This document shows, in pieces, positions 20,956 to 30,957 of a DNA stretch of 38,509 nt. How positions within the stretch are numbered: the stretch's first letter is position 1; every line of letters starts with the position of its first letter. Source of the stretch: a virus. The DNA is taken from IMG/VR virus record IMGVR_UViG_3300012352_000396, positions 1-38,509 of that record, one strand, 5' to 3'. A program made the position numbers and the translations under genes. The notes beneath the pieces were generated by a model. That model did no database searches. It was not told where the DNA came from and saw nothing but the letters and a program-made list of their open reading frames with translations.

Positions 20956-21594
20956 TTAAATAGCTATATATGCAGCAACAACGCTCACTCCATTCAAACT
21001 CGCACCAAGATTTATAACCGGACCGGCACTAACAACATAATTGTAGTACCACCTACCATTATACCCAACGGCAACCAACTTATGAGAACCGGTGTTGCGC
21101 CCAGGTATTGTACCACCACTAACCGTATATGTATCAACAATAGTCAACTCAGTTATCGCACCATTACCTTGTAAAGTGAATGAGTACGCAGCGTTTTGAC
21201 TAACCGTTGATGTCAATGATAACTCTTGGAATATACATCCAAATTTATATAATTTGTAGTTATTCTGAGCATCAATAAAGTCTATGTAAGCAACAAAACT
21301 ATCCGTTGTACCAATCGTAACCGCATCACCACCCTCAATAAAAGAATCGAAAAAAGTGATAGGCAACATATTGTCTTCTACCATTTTTACAAGACCATCA
21401 CCCGTAACCGTGAACGTTGTCTTGTTCTTCATATAAGAACGAAACGCAACAGACGAACTTGTCTTTGGAGCAAGTTCAAAAAAGTCTCTTGATATACTCA
21501 ATGAAACATTCTTCGCACAAGCAAATGGATATACGTTACCACTCGCATTTGTTGCGGCTATAACTAAACCTTCTGCTTTTACAACGTCTGCCAT
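20956..21594 (-). CDS. Tail tip/baseplate-associated protein, 212 aa
   Basis: Call rests on position downstream of the tape measure and tip genes. No motif recognised. Confidence 0.5.
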   Translation of the reverse strand: MADVVKAEGLVIAATNASGNVYPFACAKNVSLSISRDFFELAPKTSSSVAFRSYMKNKTTFTVTGDGLVKMVEDNMLPITFFDSFIEGGDAVTIGTTDSFVAYIDFIDAQNNYKLYKFGCIFQELSLTSTVSQNAAYSFTLQGNGAITELTIVDTYTVSGGTIPGRNTGSHKLVAVGYNGRWYYNYVVSAGPVINLGASLNGVSVVAAYIAI

Positions 21595-24032
21595 TATTCG
21601 TATAAATATTTATCCCTATATGGGTCGTAGTTAATTGCGTTTGGTATTGAATACGAACTTATCTGAAAACTACCTCCCGTGTGTTGTAAAGATACGATAG
21701 AACTTGAATAAGTTATTTGAAAATAATCATTAGGATTTATCGTAATACTTCCGGCAGGAGACAAGTTCATTGACAATGGGAATGGGTTAGCATTCACACT
21801 TAAATTCTGTGTCCTTATTATCGTACCATTTTGATACAAATTAAACGTAACAGTTATTGGAAATGAAGTAGTCGATATTATGCTACCTGCAAGTGAAACA
21901 ACTAATGGAGTAGTTATAGCTACCGGACCCTTATAATAAATTGTATCATTACCATTGCTAACAAAGTCTGGGTTAGTTGTCGTATTAAAAGGAACGGTTG
22001 TCCTACCAGTATAAGTACCACTCCTAACACCAATGTTTAATGAACGTGTAATTGCTGCTGAACCATCTCTCGCATTATCCCACATCTCTTCCAATGTCAA
22101 TGTCATTGTTGCAGCAGCGTAATCAATCTCTCTTATGTTAGATACATAATAAACCTTATTAGGGTCGTCATTAGTGAACACAAAAGTATTCATAAATGAT
22201 ACCGACCTTGGCGTACCACCATCATCCCATTTAACCCCATACAAGCTTACATCTATCTTATTCCTATCGTATCTATTATGCGACCATCTTGATATGGCAT
22301 TTTGCTTTCTAAAGCTATGCTTCTCTGTTGAGTATCTAAATCTAAACCAATTGTCATCTGCAATAGTAATATCGTCAGTCTCAAACAAAGCACCTTTATT
22401 GCTTGGTGATGCAGTAGAATCAAAAACTATCGTGTCGCTAAAATCAAACCTAAGATCCGATGTCTTCTCAAAAATAGATTGAACCCCACTAATTTGAACC
22501 TCAGTTGTATCGAACTGGTTAGCTACTTCTACTTTTAAGTTCTTAAAATACCTTTCTTGATTTACCTCACTACCATAATTAGAGTAAAGAAGATATAAAG
22601 TTAAATTTCCAGTATCTGGGAATGGTAAAGATTCTACTTCTAAAGTATGCCATTCTGTTGGAAGTATTTTTTGCGGACTATTAAACTCTACATTTACGTT
22701 ATCTGATAGGTTTCCGGTAGTAGTCCATTTTCCTTCTTCATTTAGATAATATGTGTTAGATGTAGCTGATAATTTTAATACAAGTGTAGGTACATTTGTT
22801 TTTAAAACTGAAGGCAATAATTGAAATTCATATAAATATTTAGTGTCTACCGAAACCTTAATTCTTTGACCAAATGTAACTTGTATTTCGTTTGATTTTA
22901 TCATATATGCCACTACTGGAGCAACTGGATATGGTAAAACTATATAGTTATCTCTTAATGGTGATGTATTGCTTAAAAACGTTTCTCTCCTATAAAAATT
23001 TATTGTGTATGGTGTATTTGTAATGTAACTTGTAACTGCCGTAAAGCTATCAATAGAATAATCTTTAAAAGTAGGATATACGCTTGTTAAAGAACCCCTT
23101 GAGAAAGAAGAGTTTTTGAAAACCTCTTCGTAGTTGCTATAATTAAATTGAATTGTATTGCTCTTAACCTGCCTTTTTATGAACCTCAACATCTCCGGAG
23201 AGATTGGCTTCAATGTTTGATTAACACCTATCTGAACATCATACCTCCTACTAAGATTTGTAATCGTAGCACCATTAACGCTAACGCCCCTTAAATTGGT
23301 TGTAGTTGGCGTATAAAGTTCTTCCAACCTCAACATCACCAAACCATTATAGTACTGAAATATCGTCTGATTGAAAGCCTTATTTATATTCTCAATAGTC
23401 TTGTAGCAATCATTAAATAAAGTTGGAGTCTCTTCAAAAGTCCTGCTATCTATTTTTGTTTGTACCAAGCACGTTTGTGGCAATGTCGTTGACATTGAAT
23501 CATGGTACAAATTATTTATAATCGTATAAACTGTTAAGTCAAATGGCATATCCTGCAATGCAAACGCCAAATATTGGAAAGGCGTGTACATACCATCAAT
23601 AGCTGATCCATTATTAGATAACTTTATACTCTTTAGCATTCCAAAACCATCCGTAGCACTAATTTTTAATATATGGCTACCATCAAACCAAACCTCCTCA
23701 AACTCAGTTTGCAATACATATCCCTTCCAAAAAGGAGTAGACATATCTATAAAAAAGAATCTAACCTCTATATCAGTATCCGCATTAGCCAAGAACCCAT
23801 CCGAACTAATAGTTGACAAACTTGCAATAATCTCTATATCGGCTTTCAATGCTCTTATAGGCTTAAAAACATCTTCTTCACCATTATACTCGCTTATCAC
23901 AAAAGGCTTTGATGTGCCAACTAAGTTTACAATAGGCTCTATAACACTATGCCCTTCCACAAAGAAAGATACCCTGCATTGGTCTCCTTGGTGAGTATAA
24001 AACTCAAGTCTATATTTTTCTGCTTTAGCCAA
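21594..24032 (-). CDS. Large tail tip protein at the Dit/Tal position, 812 aa
   Basis: Immediately follows the tape measure gene. Only a TTG start is available, overlapping the TMP stop by 8 nt. Functional call is by synteny only. Confidence 0.6.
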   Translation of the reverse strand: MAKAEKYRLEFYTHQGDQCRVSFFVEGHSVIEPIVNLVGTSKPFVISEYNGEEDVFKPIRALKADIEIIASLSTISSDGFLANADTDIEVRFFFIDMSTPFWKGYVLQTEFEEVWFDGSHILKISATDGFGMLKSIKLSNNGSAIDGMYTPFQYLAFALQDMPFDLTVYTIINNLYHDSMSTTLPQTCLVQTKIDSRTFEETPTLFNDCYKTIENINKAFNQTIFQYYNGLVMLRLEELYTPTTTNLRGVSVNGATITNLSRRYDVQIGVNQTLKPISPEMLRFIKRQVKSNTIQFNYSNYEEVFKNSSFSRGSLTSVYPTFKDYSIDSFTAVTSYITNTPYTINFYRRETFLSNTSPLRDNYIVLPYPVAPVVAYMIKSNEIQVTFGQRIKVSVDTKYLYEFQLLPSVLKTNVPTLVLKLSATSNTYYLNEEGKWTTTGNLSDNVNVEFNSPQKILPTEWHTLEVESLPFPDTGNLTLYLLYSNYGSEVNQERYFKNLKVEVANQFDTTEVQISGVQSIFEKTSDLRFDFSDTIVFDSTASPSNKGALFETDDITIADDNWFRFRYSTEKHSFRKQNAISRWSHNRYDRNKIDVSLYGVKWDDGGTPRSVSFMNTFVFTNDDPNKVYYVSNIREIDYAAATMTLTLEEMWDNARDGSAAITRSLNIGVRSGTYTGRTTVPFNTTTNPDFVSNGNDTIYYKGPVAITTPLVVSLAGSIISTTSFPITVTFNLYQNGTIIRTQNLSVNANPFPLSMNLSPAGSITINPNDYFQITYSSSIVSLQHTGGSFQISSYSIPNAINYDPYRDKYLYE

Positions 24033-26859
24033 CTCTACTTATTGTTGAATTTGTTCTATTCATTGCACCCACCAAATCATTCCCCCTCAATACCATATTA
24101 ACCTGACCCGACATACTAACTCCTTGATTACCCCTTATCCTACCAAAATTAGCTTGTCCTCCTTTCTTATCACCAGTTGGAAATAAATCTATCCAATCAG
24201 TTACTGCGTCATAGCTACCCAATGTTTCAGTACTTATACCCTTCAAACCTGCGCCAAGTGCCTGACCTGAACCTGGTGCTAATAAATTTGCTATACCTTG
24301 GATTAAAGCCTTAGATATCAAAGCAGCTATAATCCTTTTTATTTCGTTAACCGCTGCATCGGCAAAATCCTTCCAATTAACCTTTCCTTCTTCAAGGAAA
24401 TCTCCAAATGTCTTCTCTAAAAGACCTTGTACCCCACTTAAAGCAGATGTTATTTTATTTTTAAAATCTTCTGCTTTTTTTGTTTGGTCTTCAAGATATT
24501 TATTAGCTTCTTCTAATAACTTAAAGTCAAAATTGGTGTCAATCTCTAAAGTGACTTTTGCCTTTAACTTACTTAACTCATTATTTATTATTTCCGATAT
24601 CTGAGAATCAAATAGAGTTCCTGTTTTTAGAAATTCTAAAGATAAAATTTCAAGTAGATTTTTCTTAAATTCTTCTAAAGAAGGGAACTTACCATCAAAT
24701 TCTCTAAATGATTCAAGAACACGGTCTGGTAAATCTTTAGCTAAATCTTTTATTTTATTAAACTCAAAATTATCAAATAAAGATTCTAATGTATCATCAA
24801 GTCTTGCCCCAGTAATTTGGTTAGCAGCAGATTTATAAGAAGCACCCCAATCTGATATAAGTTGCTTAGAGTCTTTTAGCGTTTTTTGATATTCTGCTTC
24901 TTTTACAATTAAGTCTTGTAATTTAAAACCATAAATTTCAATTGCTTGAGAAATATTTTTAAGAGGAGTTTTCCCTATCTGAAAAGATTTAAACAAATCT
25001 TCATTAATACCATAAACATTTAATGAATCCTCGCTCAAATTCTTGAGTGCTTCTGACCTTTCTTTCTCTGTCTTGTTTACATCAAGAACAATATCTGCAT
25101 ATTTCTTTAACCTATCTATCGACTTATCAAGCGAGTTATAATCTGTAAGTTCTTTATAATCTGGACTTAGTTTTAAATCAAACTTAAAGTCAATTTTATT
25201 TTTTTTACCCCCTTCAAGTTGTTTCTTCTGCTCTTCCCTTAACTTTCTTAAATTTTCTCTAAGAGTTTCTAATGCACTACTTGTTTTTGATGTTTGATTT
25301 ACAAGAGGTTCAAATGATTTATACCATTCTTCTTGAACGCCATTAATTTGAAATACTTCTTTTCTTGCTTTTTCAACCTTATCTCCATATATTCCTAAAA
25401 GAACAACCGCATCGTCTTGTATTTGTATTTCCTCAAGAGTTAATCCTTCACCTTTTTTACTCTTTTCATTAATCTTTGCTATCTTGGTTCTTAAATCTAA
25501 TTCCTCTTGGTTTGCTTTTTTAAGCTTACCATTTGCTATTAGCCTTTTACCCTCTAAATCATCAAGAACTTTAGATATAGCTTTTTGCCTTGTCTGAACT
25601 CTTATCAGGTTTATTACTGCTTGTGCGTTTTCGCCAATAAGTTGTATGCTTGTAGCAGTTGATAGATTCTGCTCATCAATACCTGCAACAATATCCGGAT
25701 TAATTTCTTTTAATGCCCTATAAGCAGCTAATCTCTCAACTTGTGTTGCAGTCTCGTCTTGAAAGTTTTTAACAAGTATTTGTATCTGTGCTATATTGCC
25801 ACCAATACCTTTATTTTGACTATCTAATTCCTTGTTGAAAGCAACTTGAGCTTGTACGGCAGTTCCGTTAGCACCTATTAAAACATTTACCGCATTCGTT
25901 AAAGAACCATATTCTTTTATTGCGTATGTTACAACGGCAGTAACAGCACTAAACGCCAAAAATACACCTGCCGGACCTACTAACACTTTACCAAGTTCCT
26001 TCAAAGCACCTCCACTACCTTTACTCTCTGTCTTCAACTCACTAAATGTTTGAAGTACGGCAGGTAAGTTGTTTTGAATCGCAATGAATCCAAATGGTAA
26101 GTCCTGAGCCACCAAAGAGAGGCTTGTGATGGCTTGTCTTGCCTTGGCTGATGATTGAGTCAACTTACCACTTGGGTCGATAGAAAGGTTCTTAAACCTC
26201 TCTATACGACCTTCTAATACTTTAATCTCATCATTAGTCCTCGCAATCTCTCTTTCATCAAGAAGGTCTATATTTTTTGCTGATGCCCTTAAATCGTTAA
26301 GCTGCTTCTCTAACCCTGCTATTGAGTTTTCTAATACCGGAGATATCGGCTTTACATCTATATCAATACCACGACCTTGTAGTTCCTTTAATCTATCTTT
26401 AAGCGTGGTAATTATGCGATTATACTGCTCAATAGCACCAGTATCAAAAGGACTTTGAATATCTCTCCTTTGAGTTAGTTCTGCTATCGTTTTTTTAATA
26501 TCCGCAATAGAACCATTAGGAGGAGGCTCAATATCTATCTTAACACCAATGCCTTTAAGACGTTTTATCTCGTCTGTATATTCTTTTATCTGCTTATTAG
26601 CAGCCTCAAAATTAGCAATATCAAACTTTGGTAAATTGTCTCTTGATGCTTCTAAATCTTTAATCTTTGACTTTAGATCCGCAATAGAACCCTCAACTAA
26701 AGATGCATCAACCTCTAACTTTAGCTTTTTGCCCTTAGTTGTAAAAGCATCATTGAACTCCTTTTGGAGTTCTTTTAATCTTGAAGAAGCCCTTTCAACC
26801 TCAGCTAAAAAGGCTGAGGCATCTCCGGTAATTGGTATATTTAAAGAAGCATTAGCCAT
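24025..26859 (-). CDS. Tape measure protein
   Basis: 944 aa, long coiled-coil-type K/E/L-rich sequence, central hydrophobic segments (VGPAGVFLAFSAVTAVVTYAI). Canonical position after the G/G-T genes. Confidence 0.85.
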   Translation of the reverse strand: MANASLNIPITGDASAFLAEVERASSRLKELQKEFNDAFTTKGKKLKLEVDASLVEGSIADLKSKIKDLEASRDNLPKFDIANFEAANKQIKEYTDEIKRLKGIGVKIDIEPPPNGSIADIKKTIAELTQRRDIQSPFDTGAIEQYNRIITTLKDRLKELQGRGIDIDVKPISPVLENSIAGLEKQLNDLRASAKNIDLLDEREIARTNDEIKVLEGRIERFKNLSIDPSGKLTQSSAKARQAITSLSLVAQDLPFGFIAIQNNLPAVLQTFSELKTESKGSGGALKELGKVLVGPAGVFLAFSAVTAVVTYAIKEYGSLTNAVNVLIGANGTAVQAQVAFNKELDSQNKGIGGNIAQIQILVKNFQDETATQVERLAAYRALKEINPDIVAGIDEQNLSTATSIQLIGENAQAVINLIRVQTRQKAISKVLDDLEGKRLIANGKLKKANQEELDLRTKIAKINEKSKKGEGLTLEEIQIQDDAVVLLGIYGDKVEKARKEVFQINGVQEEWYKSFEPLVNQTSKTSSALETLRENLRKLREEQKKQLEGGKKNKIDFKFDLKLSPDYKELTDYNSLDKSIDRLKKYADIVLDVNKTEKERSEALKNLSEDSLNVYGINEDLFKSFQIGKTPLKNISQAIEIYGFKLQDLIVKEAEYQKTLKDSKQLISDWGASYKSAANQITGARLDDTLESLFDNFEFNKIKDLAKDLPDRVLESFREFDGKFPSLEEFKKNLLEILSLEFLKTGTLFDSQISEIINNELSKLKAKVTLEIDTNFDFKLLEEANKYLEDQTKKAEDFKNKITSALSGVQGLLEKTFGDFLEEGKVNWKDFADAAVNEIKRIIAALISKALIQGIANLLAPGSGQALGAGLKGISTETLGSYDAVTDWIDLFPTGDKKGGQANFGRIRGNQGVSMSGQVNMVLRGNDLVGAMNRTNSTISRVG

Positions 26860-27501
26860 TTTCTCTTAGCCGTTTAAAGATTTCCCTATACTCCTCTTCG
26901 GTGTTTACTTCCTTCTCCTCATCTCCAGGTAACGACCAAAACTCCTCCGGTGTCTTTGGAGCGGTCTTCGGATCTCCCATCAACCTAATCAAAGTGAACA
27001 TAAGCATTCTATTCTGCTTATACTCATCTACTTTTTTAGCCTCGTGACCCTTAATCATCAATGAAAAGTTACGAGGACTCATATCGTAGAAATCCCTTGG
27101 GAGGAGAGACATTTCACCAAAGGCTAATGCCTCAATATCCTCCCAAGTTAAATCTTTTTTTTTGGCTCTTCATCGGAGGTCTTATTAGTTTTGTCCTTAA
27201 TGAACTCACTATCAGACCATACTTTTATAACCTCTTTTACCTCTTCTATAAAGTTTTCATTCGTGAGATTCATCTCAACAAAATCAACAATATTCTCAAA
27301 GGTAAGCTTTGGCTTTTCCATCTTAACTAAGCACCAATTATAATAACCACTATATATCAAATGGGAAACGCCAATCTCATTTATCCCGTTATTATCAAAT
27401 GATATCCCATCAACGAACTTGTCGCTAATGTGGCGAAAACTTGCCATTCCGAATTTCAATGAAATCTCTTCCCCGTTGATGTTTATAGTAGTGTAATTCA
27501 T
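26852..27501 (-). CDS. Tail assembly chaperone G-T fusion (predicted -1 programmed frameshift product)
   Basis: The -1 frame from the A9G run is open (…KKKDLTWEDIEALAFGEMSLLPRDF…) and runs into the 86-aa ORF 26852-27112. Frame arithmetic was checked by hand. Confidence 0.6.
27148..27501 (-). CDS. Tail assembly chaperone G (in-frame product)
   Basis: 117 aa, located between the tail tube and tape measure genes. Ends ...EEPKKKI just after the slippery run. Confidence 0.7.
   Translation of the reverse strand: MNYTTININGEEISLKFGMASFRHISDKFVDGISFDNNGINEIGVSHLIYSGYYNWCLVKMEKPKLTFENIVDFVEMNLTNENFIEEVKEVIKVWSDSEFIKDKTNKTSDEEPKKKI
27154..27165 (-). promoter_or_regulatory. Slippery sequence CCA AAA AAA AAG (A AAA AAG-type -1 frameshift site)
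   Basis: Nine consecutive A then G on the coding strand, 4 codons before the G stop. Confidence 0.6.
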
Positions 27502-27503
27502 AA

Positions 27504-27938
27504 TTATGCAGTTATGTCAAGAACTCCGGTTGATTGTACAGTTCCGCTAAAGTTAATAAACTCGCCAGAAGCTTGGTTCATAGTAAGTGAAGTCACATAC
27601 CCACTAAACTCATGGTGATAGAAGAGACCGGCAGAAGAACCAGTTTGAACCGGACTTGAAAGTTTTACACGGATCAATGTCTTATTAACTGATGCGGTTA
27701 ATAAATCCTTATAGGATATTTGAGATGCAGTTGGTGCAGTCTCGCATATTGCATCAAAGTTTAAAGCCATTGAAGGCTCACCTACTGCGCTCAATACGCC
27801 ACAATTGGTTTGCTCACTTGTTACATCGTTTGTAGTGTCTACTGATGAATTTCTAAGACAAACAAGTGATTTAAATGTAGTACCTAAATTTGTTACATCT
27901 ATGTCAACCTGTTGGTTAGTACCTAATATCTGTGCCAT
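27504..27938 (-). CDS. Major tail (tube) protein
   Basis: 144 aa, located directly upstream of the chaperone pair. Call by synteny. Confidence 0.6.
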   Translation of the reverse strand: MAQILGTNQQVDIDVTNLGTTFKSLVCLRNSSVDTTNDVTSEQTNCGVLSAVGEPSMALNFDAICETAPTASQISYKDLLTASVNKTLIRVKLSSPVQTGSSAGLFYHHEFSGYVTSLTMNQASGEFINFSGTVQSTGVLDITA

Positions 27939-27944
27939 GTTATT

Positions 27945-28379
27945 TTATTTTTGCTTAACAATATTTCGTAAAGTTATGATTTTTCTTGCAACAAAATTTT
28001 GACCAGATTGCAATGGCAAATATCTTGATGCCGTTCTCTCTAAAACATAAATCTCAAAGTTTGCATCACCTATATCGTTCATAGGCATTGATGGTATCAA
28101 TAAGTTTAAAATTTGATTAGCAATATCATCAACTTGACTATTATCGTTTCTCATGTATTGCTCAACAAATATGTCTATGTCAACTTCTACCTCACTAATA
28201 AATTTGCTATTATTTATTTGTACCTGACTCTCAGTTATCGAACTAAGGATAACATACTGTTCTCCTGGAGTCTCAAATGGCTCATCACCATACACCTCAA
28301 CACTCCTTCCACTTAATGTCAAGAAGCCATCAAGCTTCGCCAAATAAGCACTTCTTATAGCATTACTCGTATCAAGCAT
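27945..28379 (-). CDS. Tail completion / tail terminator-position protein
   Basis: 144 aa. Call by synteny only. Confidence 0.45.
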   Translation of the reverse strand: MLDTSNAIRSAYLAKLDGFLTLSGRSVEVYGDEPFETPGEQYVILSSITESQVQINNSKFISEVEVDIDIFVEQYMRNDNSQVDDIANQILNLLIPSMPMNDIGDANFEIYVLERTASRYLPLQSGQNFVARKIITLRNIVKQK

Positions 28380-28797
28380 TTCTTATAATATTTTGTATTT
28401 TTTCCATAAGCCTTGGCAACTCTGCCTCGTATGATGGGTACAAGTATTTGTTCACTTTAATCCTTCCAGGTATTGGAGTTATAAATTGAGCAGCTATCTC
28501 TCTCCACTCCTCCGGTATTGATGGTAAATACGCTTTTGCCGAAGGTCCAGTACCAAACTCATAATAAGCAGCATATTTATTCCCAACCTTAATCCTATAC
28601 TTCAATTTAGAAGTCCTCGTTAAAGTAATAGTTGATCCGATGTCATCACCTTTAAAATCCGTTACTCCTTTAGACTTAGCATCATTAACAACGTTCTCAA
28701 AAGACTGACCCATAGCCAAATCAATTTCACTAAGCAAATTATTAGCACTTGCTTTGAAGTCTCTTATGAATGCGCTGAAATTGACCTTTTTAGCCAT
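28372..28797 (-). CDS. Head-tail joining protein (HK97 gp10-like position)
   Basis: 141 aa. Call by synteny only. Confidence 0.45.
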   Translation of the reverse strand: MAKKVNFSAFIRDFKASANNLLSEIDLAMGQSFENVVNDAKSKGVTDFKGDDIGSTITLTRTSKLKYRIKVGNKYAAYYEFGTGPSAKAYLPSIPEEWREIAAQFITPIPGRIKVNKYLYPSYEAELPRLMEKIQNIIRNA

Positions 28798-29354
28798 TAT
28801 ATGACCACTTTTCTATGTTGGTGATAGTTGAGTCCATTCCAATCTGGATAACTCAATAGTAAGCCTTGTTTAGCGTCTCCAAGCATCTTTTTACCACGAT
28901 TCTCATAAGACCATGTTACCAAAGTCTCAATATCCGTTACCAAATCCTCCGGCACTTGCCCATAACCACATTCGTACTCAATGTCGTAAATACCTTGGCT
29001 ATACAAAATAACCTTACCACCAATAACCTCATACTCTACGTTCTTCGTCAAAGTAGTATAGTCATTGATGCCATTCTTTATCTTCACAACCGGAGTACAA
29101 TCAAATGAAGTAAATGGCAAATCCACAACCCACATATTCCTATTGCCACTCAACTCAAACAACACCTTATAGGTTTGGTTAGTTAGTGCAACACTTGTTA
29201 ATCTCTCTATGTGCTTTCGTGCAGATGTGATTAAATCTCCTATAAGACCATTATCGTTGTCATCACGAACACGCATCCAATTCTTTATATCGGTCAAAGA
29301 TATAGGCTCAATCATTGAGTCACTTATCTTCTCTATGTTGTAGTATTGAATCAT
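28797..29354 (-). CDS. Head-tail connector/adaptor (gp6-like)
   Basis: N-terminus ISLTDIKNWMRVRDDNDNGLIGDLITSARKHIERLT matches the usual gp6-like 'l..lK.hLRvd.d.dD.li..li.aA...ie' pattern. Confidence 0.6.
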   Translation of the reverse strand: MIQYYNIEKISDSMIEPISLTDIKNWMRVRDDNDNGLIGDLITSARKHIERLTSVALTNQTYKVLFELSGNRNMWVVDLPFTSFDCTPVVKIKNGINDYTTLTKNVEYEVIGGKVILYSQGIYDIEYECGYGQVPEDLVTDIETLVTWSYENRGKKMLGDAKQGLLLSYPDWNGLNYHQHRKVVI

Positions 29355-30331
29355 AATCTTCCGTTATATTGGTGTACTTTTTCTTCGAACCAACTATTGA
29401 ACTCATTAAGTTTTTTTCTTGGGTCATGCTCCCTGCTTCTCGCTTTTGCTTTCTTGGATGCGACATGATAAGCCTTTTCTTCATCCAACTTTGTAATGGC
29501 TTCAACCCATTCTTTAACATCATTCCTATTTTTTACATAGATACCTGCCTTACCACAATTCTCCTTCAATCCCTCTGCCTCCGATGATATAACCGGAATG
29601 CCACTACACATAGCCTCTGTCGCAGTTCTTCCCCAACTCTCATAATGCGATGGCATAAGCAAAACCCTCGTCTTCTTATACACATCTCTTATCTCGACCG
29701 TGTTGCTTATGTAAGTGAGGTTGTGCAATTCTTGCACTATCTGCGGATCATATGAGCCAATAACGCCCAAGAATTGCTTATGTGGCATTGCCCTTGCAAT
29801 ATCTATAAACACTTTAGCACCCTTATTTTCGTTTACGTTGATTAAAGTAATATAAGGGTTATCTATCGTATCCATATCAACATCGTAGTACCTATAATCT
29901 ACCGGTGGCGTTAACACAAAATCCGGATGGTCATATTTTAAATAATCCTTCGCCCATTGAGAGTTGTAAATGATATGCTGCCTCTTTAACGCATTCTCTA
30001 TCTCTGGGTAGTTATATGTATTGTGAATCAAATGGAATACTGGCTTCTTATACATCCCACCAAGATTTATACTCAAATGAGTAAAGTCAAGGTGAGTTAT
30101 TACCGAATCACACCAATGAAATAAGTTTTGTATTATTTGTGGATCAGGAGGAAAGATATCTACCCCATCAAAAACATAAGTCTTTGTAATCTTATAATAA
30201 TTCGCTTGATGTAATAATACTCTTACATCATGTCCTCTTGATTGTAAATCTTTAAGCAAATGGTGTAGCATCCACTCAGCACCGCAATTATGCTGCGGAG
30301 GATATAAGTGAATTGATGCAAGTATTTTCAT
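29351..30331 (-). CDS. Glycosyltransferase, GT-B fold, GT4-like (EX7E motif)
   Basis: VLLMPSHYESWGRTATEAMCSGIPVISS contains E-x7-E and the EAM..G.PVI signature. Confidence 0.8.
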   Translation of the reverse strand: MKILASIHLYPPQHNCGAEWMLHHLLKDLQSRGHDVRVLLHQANYYKITKTYVFDGVDIFPPDPQIIQNLFHWCDSVITHLDFTHLSINLGGMYKKPVFHLIHNTYNYPEIENALKRQHIIYNSQWAKDYLKYDHPDFVLTPPVDYRYYDVDMDTIDNPYITLINVNENKGAKVFIDIARAMPHKQFLGVIGSYDPQIVQELHNLTYISNTVEIRDVYKKTRVLLMPSHYESWGRTATEAMCSGIPVISSEAEGLKENCGKAGIYVKNRNDVKEWVEAITKLDEEKAYHVASKKAKARSREHDPRKKLNEFNSWFEEKVHQYNGRL

Positions 30332-30921
30332 ATTTTAAAAGTTATGTCAGACTCTTCGATGTGTGTTTTATATTTCTTATATCTAAACTTCATATAATCA
30401 TAGAATATGCCACTTAGATAATGCTTCTCAAATTTAATCTCTTTTACATTATACTTATCCAAATCTATGCTACCAACAATACGCTCATCGTATCCCTCGC
30501 AATCAACTTGAATATAATCTACGCTATCCCAACCATATTTATCCATAAGGTCGTCAAACGTAATAGACCTAACACGCAGCTTTGTTACGTGTATAGGACT
30601 TACATCTTTCATAAAAACATTTAATGGCTTTCCATCCTCTATCACACAAGAACAACCATCAATGTAGTCATCATAATAAGATAGATCCGCAGGATGGACA
30701 TAAGCCATCTCTACACTCTCTCTCTTATTCGATATTGCAGTACACTCGTAATAAACCTCACCTTTTAAATCATTAGTGTTCGCAGTTAGCGACATAAAAT
30801 GATAAGGAATAGGTTCTACGAATATTACTTTAATATCCTCAAGTACTCTTAGTCTGTTATAGATGTCGTCATGTTTGACACCATCCATAGCACCTATAAT
30901 AACGAAGGTTTTATGTTGCAT
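30328..30921 (-). CDS. FkbM-family SAM-dependent methyltransferase
   Basis: VIIGAMDG near the N-terminus (SAM-binding loop) and VDYIQVDCEGYDERIV (the I.KIDvEG.E motif). Confidence 0.7.
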   Translation of the reverse strand: MQHKTFVIIGAMDGVKHDDIYNRLRVLEDIKVIFVEPIPYHFMSLTANTNDLKGEVYYECTAISNKRESVEMAYVHPADLSYYDDYIDGCSCVIEDGKPLNVFMKDVSPIHVTKLRVRSITFDDLMDKYGWDSVDYIQVDCEGYDERIVGSIDLDKYNVKEIKFEKHYLSGIFYDYMKFRYKKYKTHIEESDITFKI

Positions 30922-30957
30922 AAAGTTAGGGGAGGTGTTACCCTCCCCCTATTTGAT

